A stretch of DNA of 12,803 nucleotides, from assembly GCA_052386995.1 (NCBI GenBank), contig JBQTJP010000112.1, positions 1 through 12,803 on the forward strand, in the 5' to 3' direction. Positions 7,741-12,803 of the stretch are shown here, in pieces. A model generated the notes under the pieces. That model did not search any database. It was not told the DNA's origin and was given only the letters and a program-made list of their open reading frames with translations. Numbering within the stretch: position 1 is the stretch's first letter; each line of letters opens with the position of its first letter. This DNA is from Armatimonadota bacterium (GTDB lineage: Bacteria > Sysuimicrobiota > Sysuimicrobiia > Sysuimicrobiales > Humicultoraceae). A program made the translations under genes and the position numbers.

Positions 7741-7766
7741 AATATTATGTCATAACTTCTTTCTTG
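7741..7766 (-). promoter_or_regulatory. Putative ccdA promoter (extended -10) overlapping a 5-1-5 palindrome
   Basis: AT-rich intergenic segment. The minus strand reads TGaCATAAT (7752-7744), which fits TGn-TATAAT with one mismatch. It overlaps TTATG-N-CATAA (7745-7755). Confidence 0.45.
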
Positions 7767-7802
7767 AGACTACCTCCGCGCGAGAACCAGTTTTTCATTC
7801 CA

Positions 7803-8585
7803 TCATTGCGACTCTATAAAGATCACGGCGTCGCCGGCGCCCAAACCCAGCGCGGTGGCGGCCTCCTGCGCGTTCAGCGCGATCTCCACGGTTCCGCTGC
7901 TGCCGACGAGCGCGAGGAGCTCGCCGTCCGCCGCATCGGCATACGTTCGAGCACGCCTGATGGCGTGGCGGCCGCGTCTGTACTCCAGCACGAGGCGCTC
8001 CGGGAGATCTAGAAGCCACGAGCCCGGAATGTTTGTCACCAGGTTTCCAAAAGGATCCCTGTAGATCACCTGTCCCCTCACCCGGCCGGCGCTGCGCTCG
8101 GGTGTGTCAGCGGGCAGTTCCACCGGCGGGGAGGCTGGACGGCCGAGGCGTTCGATCGGCAGGCCCGCGGCCAGGGCCGCCGCGGCCGGCGCGAAGAGAT
8201 CGCGGCCGTGAAATGTGGCTGAGAGGGGCCGCCGCGCGAACGCGGTGGCGTCGATCGCAAATGAGCGCACAACGCCGAGCGCACCGGCGGCGGGCATGAG
8301 AAGCCCGTTGTCTGGCCCGACAAAGAAATGCCCGCCGGAAGCGATTGCAAGGGGCTGCCGCGCCGTGCCGACGCCGGGGTCGACCACGGCCAGATGCACG
8401 GTGCCCGTCGGGAAGGTGCGGGCAACGGTCGCCAGGAGATAGGCCCCGCGGGCGATGTCACGTGGCGGCACGTCGTGGGTTACGTCGACGACCGTGGCGC
8501 GGCACAATGCCAGCAGCACGCCCTTCATCTCAGCCGGGTAGGGCGACCCTGACCCGAAATCCGTCAGCAGCGTGATGATTCTCAC
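7803..8585 (-). CDS. DUF62 family SAM hydrolase (SAM hydroxide adenosyltransferase; chlorinase/fluorinase superfamily)
   Basis: The real start is probably GTG 8585 (GTGA overlap with the upstream stop), not 8747. Motifs are IITLLTDFG, DVTH, HLAVVDPGVGTAR, GPDNG, SATFHGRD, DPFGNLVTN and GSSGTVEI. The Asp/Arg/His triad of the hydrolase branch is present. Confidence 0.92.
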   Translation of the reverse strand: MRIITLLTDFGSGSPYPAEMKGVLLALCRATVVDVTHDVPPRDIARGAYLLATVARTFPTGTVHLAVVDPGVGTARQPLAIASGGHFFVGPDNGLLMPAAGALGVVRSFAIDATAFARRPLSATFHGRDLFAPAAAALAAGLPIERLGRPASPPVELPADTPERSAGRVRGQVIYRDPFGNLVTNIPGSWLLDLPERLVLEYRRGRHAIRRARTYADAADGELLALVGSSGTVEIALNAQEAATALGLGAGDAVIFIESQ

Positions 8586-9739
8586 GGCGGCTCGCAGAAA
8601 CGCACGGCAACGTCGGCCAGCACCTGCGCGCACGTGACCACCGACGCCAGCTCGACCCACTCTTCGGCGGCATGCGCCCCGGCCCCGACCGGGCCAAACA
8701 TCGCTGTTGGGATCCCTGCCGCTCCCAGCAGCGCCGCATCGAACCACGGCAGCTCACCGACGAAGCGAGGGCTCCGGCCGCGCACCGCGATCGTGCTTTC
8801 CATCAGCGCGCGGACAATGGGCGCATCGGGTGCGATCTCGAACGGCGGCCGGCTCAGCAGGATCTCCACGAGGCCCATCAGCCCCGGCGACGCGCGCGCG
8901 GCCTCGGCGGCGATGCGGTGCAGCTCGCCGGCGATATCGTCGTCCGTCTCTCCGGGCAGTGTCCGGCGCTCGACCTGGAGCAAGCATCGGTCAGGGTAGG
9001 TGCTCAACCCCAGGCCTCCCCCGATGGTCGATGCGTGTATGGACGCGCGGCCGAGCAGCGGGTGCGTGCGGCGGGGGAGCTCCTCGCGATCTAACCTGTC
9101 GAGCGCAGTCAGCACGTGACCCATCCTGATGATTGCGTCGTCGCCGTCGGCGTAGCGGCTGCCGTGCGCGGCACGGCCCAGAGTCTCGATGCGCGCCCAG
9201 ACGAATCCCCGGTGTGCCAGGCAGAGGTCCAGGCCGGTCGGCTCTGTCACGATGGCGGCGTCGGCACGCTCGCGTCGCAGCAGATCGGTCGTTCCCAGGC
9301 TCTCGTACTCCTCATCGATCACGAACGCCAGGACCAGCTCGCCTGCGGGCAGCCCATGGCGCGCCACGAGCCTCCCCGCCTCGATCATCGCGGCCAGGCT
9401 TCCTTTCATATCGTAGGCACCACGGCCGTACAGCCGGCCGCCGTCTGCGCGTCCGCCAAACGGATCGCGCATGCCGGCGACCCCGACGGTGTCCGTGTGC
9501 CCGTTGAGCATGAGCCGCCGGCCCGACCGCGGCCCGCTGATCCGGGCAACGACGTTGTAGCGACCGGCGACGACCTCATCGAGCCGCGCATCCATGCCCG
9601 CGGCGCGACATTCCTCGGCAATCAGCCGCGCGATCGCTTCCTCGCCCCGCCCGTCCGGCGCAAGCGTCGGGTTGATCGAGTTCACGGCAACCAGGCGGTG
9701 AAGGAGATCGGTGAGCTGCTCGGGATCGACCTGGGTCAC
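8582..9739 (-). CDS. M20 family metallo-amidohydrolase, ArgE/DapE-like deacylase
   Basis: Motifs are NSINP, LNGHTDTV, LYGRGAYDMKG, DEEY, VTEPT, GRAAHGS and GAHAAEEWV. All expected metal ligands are present. The GTG start overlaps the upstream TGA. The substrate cannot be determined from sequence. Confidence 0.92.
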   Translation of the reverse strand: MTQVDPEQLTDLLHRLVAVNSINPTLAPDGRGEEAIARLIAEECRAAGMDARLDEVVAGRYNVVARISGPRSGRRLMLNGHTDTVGVAGMRDPFGGRADGGRLYGRGAYDMKGSLAAMIEAGRLVARHGLPAGELVLAFVIDEEYESLGTTDLLRRERADAAIVTEPTGLDLCLAHRGFVWARIETLGRAAHGSRYADGDDAIIRMGHVLTALDRLDREELPRRTHPLLGRASIHASTIGGGLGLSTYPDRCLLQVERRTLPGETDDDIAGELHRIAAEAARASPGLMGLVEILLSRPPFEIAPDAPIVRALMESTIAVRGRSPRFVGELPWFDAALLGAAGIPTAMFGPVGAGAHAAEEWVELASVVTCAQVLADVAVRFCEPP

Positions 9740-10968
9740 GAGGATGCGCGGCTCGCCGCGAGTCTTGCGGCCTCAACCAGGGCGGACGCCGATGGGGCGG
9801 CTGCCGCCATGCCTTCGGCGGCTTCCGGCTTGCCTCCGCCCCGACCGCCAAACGGCGCCAGCGTCTCGCGCAGCAGGGCGGCGGCGTCAACGGCGACCCC
9901 CGGACTGCGCGCGATGAGTATGCGCCTATCGGGATCCGTCGCGAAGATCGCCAGAGAGTCGGTCTGAGCCGTGACCAATCGCGCCAGCGCGCGCAGGTCA
10001 TCGATCGAACGACCGGCGAACGCGGCGGCGACGATCTTCGGTGATCCCGCGGACCTCGGACCGGCGCGATCGGCGCCAACGGCCGCGACCAGCTCGCCGG
10101 CCTCGTGCGCCAGCAGCCGGGTCCGCGCATCCGCCAGGTCCCGGTCGACATCGCGAGCGTGGTCCCGGAGGCGCGTGACCGTCTCGGTGAGGTCGGGCTC
10201 GCCGACCGAAAACTGCGCCGCGAGACCGCGGACCACGGCGCGGATGCGGCGGCCATCGCGCAGAGCCCGCCACCCACAGAGAAACTCGACGCGGATGCCG
10301 CCCTTGTGCCGCTCCCATCCCCGGACGACGATCTGGCCGATTTCCCCGGTGGCCGACACATGCGTGCCGCCGCAGGCCGATCGATCGAATTCGGCCACAT
10401 CCACGACCCGGATCCGTCCCGTCCGCTTGGGCAGGCGGCGCAGCCCTAACGCCTCCACCTCTTCCGGATCCACCTCGCGGATGGTGACGGCGCGGTTCTC
10501 CGTGACGACCGTGTTGGCGAGATCTTCGACGCGGGCAACATCGTCGTCGTTCGGCATCCCCGCGGACAGGTCCAGTGTGCAGGTCGCGCCCATGTGCACC
10601 GCCACCGTTGGCGCATCCAGTGTCCGCAGAAAGGCGGCGGAGAGAACGTGCTGGCCGGTGTGCTGCTGCATGTGGTCAAAACGCCGGTCCCAATCGATGA
10701 CGCCGCGCACGTGATCTCCGACGGCGGGGAGCGCAGCACCCGGATCAAGGACGTGCCAGATCTGTCCGGCTTCTTCTCGGACGTCCCGGACGCCGGCGCC
10801 ATTGAGTCGCCCGCTGTCGCAGGGCTGGCCTCCGGAGGTGGGATAGAAGGCGGTCTCCGTCAGGGTGATCGCCGGGCCGTCTGAGGCGCGTGCCGCCGGT
10901 ATCGCCGCCGTAACCTCGGCGTTGAACTCGCGGAGATACGCATCCCGGTGGTAGAGTCTCTGCGTCAT
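9736..10968 (-). CDS. Stand-alone alanyl-tRNA editing protein, long form (AlaX-L) with C-terminal DHHA1/C-Ala domain
   Basis: Motifs are MTQRLY, TAFYPTSGGQPCDSG, the Zn motifs HMQQHTGQH and CGGTHV, and the C-terminal GGRGGGK. There is no aminoacylation domain (410 aa). An AAGGTGA RBS lies near 10981-10975. Confidence 0.92.
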   Translation of the reverse strand: MTQRLYHRDAYLREFNAEVTAAIPAARASDGPAITLTETAFYPTSGGQPCDSGRLNGAGVRDVREEAGQIWHVLDPGAALPAVGDHVRGVIDWDRRFDHMQQHTGQHVLSAAFLRTLDAPTVAVHMGATCTLDLSAGMPNDDDVARVEDLANTVVTENRAVTIREVDPEEVEALGLRRLPKRTGRIRVVDVAEFDRSACGGTHVSATGEIGQIVVRGWERHKGGIRVEFLCGWRALRDGRRIRAVVRGLAAQFSVGEPDLTETVTRLRDHARDVDRDLADARTRLLAHEAGELVAAVGADRAGPRSAGSPKIVAAAFAGRSIDDLRALARLVTAQTDSLAIFATDPDRRILIARSPGVAVDAAALLRETLAPFGGRGGGKPEAAEGMAAAAPSASALVEAARLAASRASS

Positions 10969-11086
10969 CGCAGGTCACCTTCTGCCGCTTGCTGGGGACT
11001 CCCTGCCCTCCCGCGCTTTGGGCCGGCCCGTCACATGAAGGCGGTCGTTGCGTCAACGAGAACTCTTGGCATGGGTGATGCTCGAC

Positions 11087-12304
11087 ATGATGACAGACCG
11101 AAAGGCGGCGCTCGCGGGCGTGCGCGTGCTCGACGTCAGCCAGGTGATGGCCGGGCCCTACTGCGCGATGCTGCTGGCCGATATGGGCGCCGACGTCATA
11201 AAGATTGAGCCGCCCGAGGGGGATTCCAGCCGGCGGCTCGGCGCGGGCGACGAAGTGGAGACCCCGAGCTTCTGGGCGGTGAATCGGAACAAGCGCGATA
11301 TCGTGCTCAACCTCAAAGATCCGCGCGGGGTTGAGATCGCGCAGCGCCTGGCCGCGCGCGCCGACATCTTTGTGGAAAACTACCGGCCCGGCACTCTTGA
11401 GCGGCTCGGCCTCGGCTACGAGCGGCTGCGGACGATCAACCCCGCGTTGGTCTACGCATCGGTGTCAGGATATGGACAAACCGGACCGTTTGCGCAGCGC
11501 GGAGGCTTCGACCTGGTGGCTCAGGGCGAGAGCGGCCTGATGTCGGTGACCGGCGAGGTCGATGGCGCTCCCGTCAAGTGCGGCATCCCGGTCTGCGACC
11601 TCGGCGCCGGACTCTTCATTACGTATGCGATCCTCAGCGCTTACATCCACCGGCTCCGCACAGGCGAAGGTCAGCACGTCGACACCTCGCTGCTGGAAGC
11701 AGGGATCGCGCTGTCGGTGTGGGAGGCGACCGAATACTTCGTGACTGGCCGGGCGCCCCAGCCGACCGGGTCCGCGCACCGGCTGACCGCGCCGTACCAG
11801 GCATTCCGCTGCGCCGATGGCTACATCACCGTCGGCGCCGCCACGCAGCGCACGTGGGAGCGAATGTGCAAGGTGATGGGTCTGGAGGCGCTCGTGCACC
11901 GTCGGGAGTACGCCACGGATGCGGCGCGGGTGCGACATCGCCGGACGCTGGCCAATGCGGTCGAGGCCGTGACGGCGCAACAGCCGCGCAGCCACTGGAT
12001 CCGCGCGCTGGAGGAGGCGGGCGTGCCCAGCGGCGCGATCCACACGTATCCGGAAGTCTTCGCCCAGCCGCACGTGATTGCCAGGGCCATGCTGCAGGAA
12101 GTCGACCATCCGGTGGGTGGCCGGATCAAGCAGATTGGACCCGCCGTGAAGTGTTCGGCGACGCCGGCGGTCATCCGGCGCGCCGCACCGCTGCTGGGCG
12201 AACACACCGGCGAGATTCTGGCAGAGCACGGCTACCCGCCCGACCAGATCGATGTCCTCACCCGAGAAGGAGTGATCCGGCAATGTCCGTCGCCGTCACA
12301 GTAG
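11087..12304 (+). CDS. Family III CoA-transferase (CaiB/BaiF/Frc)
   Basis: Motifs are LAGVRVLD, AGPYC, LADMGADVIKIEP, NRNKR, ENYRPG, SGYGQTGP, the catalytic Asp in PVCDLGAG, GEGQHVDTSL and APLLGEHT. The start is placed at ATG 11087 (GGGTGA 8 nt upstream); ATG 11078 and ATG 11090 are alternatives. Confidence 0.93.
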   Translation: MMTDRKAALAGVRVLDVSQVMAGPYCAMLLADMGADVIKIEPPEGDSSRRLGAGDEVETPSFWAVNRNKRDIVLNLKDPRGVEIAQRLAARADIFVENYRPGTLERLGLGYERLRTINPALVYASVSGYGQTGPFAQRGGFDLVAQGESGLMSVTGEVDGAPVKCGIPVCDLGAGLFITYAILSAYIHRLRTGEGQHVDTSLLEAGIALSVWEATEYFVTGRAPQPTGSAHRLTAPYQAFRCADGYITVGAATQRTWERMCKVMGLEALVHRREYATDAARVRHRRTLANAVEAVTAQQPRSHWIRALEEAGVPSGAIHTYPEVFAQPHVIARAMLQEVDHPVGGRIKQIGPAVKCSATPAVIRRAAPLLGEHTGEILAEHGYPPDQIDVLTREGVIRQCPSPSQ

Positions 12305-12803
12305 AAGGAGCCCTGGCCTGGATTACCGTCGACAGGCCGGAGGCGCGCAACGCCATGACGTTCGCGATGTACGAGTCGCTGTATGAAGCGTGCGAGCGCC
12401 TCGATGGCGATCCTCAGGTGAAGGTCGTGGTCGTGCGCGGCGGCGGTGGCACGTTCATTGCCGGAACCGATATCGGCGAGTTCACCGCGCTGCGCACCAA
12501 TGAGGACGCCGTGGCGTACGAGCGGCGCCTCGACCGGATCATGGGGCGGCTGGAGCGGATGACCAAAGTGACGATCGCGATGATCGAGGGCGCGGCGACG
12601 GGCGGAGGGTTCACCATCGCGCTGGTGTGCGACCTGCGCTTCGCGGCGGCCAATGCCCGGCTGGGCGTGCCGATCGCCCGCACGCTGGGCAACTGCCTCT
12701 CTATGACAAACTACGCCCGCGTCGTAGACGCCGTGGGCCCGCTGCGCGCCAAGGACCTGCTCTTCACGGCGCGGCTGCTCTCGGCGCAGGACGCGCTTGC
12801 CCT
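12283..12803 (+). CDS. Enoyl-CoA hydratase/isomerase (crotonase superfamily), truncated by the window edge
   Basis: Not in the ORF track because it has no stop in the window. ATG 12283 has an AAGGAG RBS at 12267-12272 and overlaps the CoA-transferase by 22 nt. It translates as MSVAVTVEGALAWITVDRPEARNAMT...FIAGTDI...IAMIEGAATGGG...CDLRFA...GVPIARTLGNCLS. Confidence 0.92.
   Translation, partial: MSVAVTVEGALAWITVDRPEARNAMTFAMYESLYEACERLDGDPQVKVVVVRGGGGTFIAGTDIGEFTALRTNEDAVAYERRLDRIMGRLERMTKVTIAMIEGAATGGGFTIALVCDLRFAAANARLGVPIARTLGNCLSMTNYARVVDAVGPLRAKDLLFTARLLSAQDALA

Noticed and set aside
28..7755. Long + strand ORFs (28..1308, 1305..2258, 2552..3745, 4508..5797, 5873..6997, 6994..7755)
   Set aside because: They are antisense shadows of well-supported minus-strand genes. 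Such ORFs are expected in high-GC DNA, and these are Arg/His/Gly-rich with no recognisable motifs.
7803..8585. Possible fluorinase/chlorinase (halogenase) in a natural-product cluster
   Set aside because: TFHGRD and DPGVGTAR match the hydrolase branch, not the halide-binding loops of FlA/SalL, and no biosynthetic cluster is present.
8586..8747. N-terminal extension of the DUF62 ORF
   Set aside because: It overlaps the M20 gene, and family similarity begins at IITLLTDFG right after GTG 8585.
11158..12692. Minus-strand ORFs 11158..11367, 11465..12283, 11821..12207 and 12414..12692
   Set aside because: They are antisense to the CoA-transferase and crotonase genes.

Overview
This is a high-GC bacterial chromosomal window of mostly housekeeping and metabolic genes, with no recognisable mobile element, CRISPR array, rRNA or tRNA. 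Reading the minus strand right to left, there is first a translationally coupled trio: an AlaX-type tRNA editing protein, an M20 ArgE/DapE deacylase and a DUF62 SAM hydrolase. These are followed by ccdA, an S41/PDZ protease, a COG3044 ABC-class ATPase, TrpB2, a secreted LolA/LppX-like hypothetical protein, an Fe(III) ABC substrate-binding protein and the first 45 codons of its probable permease. On the plus strand at the right end are a family III CoA-transferase and an overlapping crotonase-family gene that runs off the window and is absent from the ORF track. The most interesting unexplained signal is the 1221-1425 intergenic region. It holds an AT-rich island with a 7-1-7 inverted repeat and promoter-like hexamers on both strands. 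A ~160-nt stretch follows that can fold, best on the + strand, into two mutually exclusive structures, making it a candidate unannotated sRNA divergent from the iron transporter. Several enzymes also show non-canonical catalytic motifs. All family calls come from motif recognition by eye; no searches were run.
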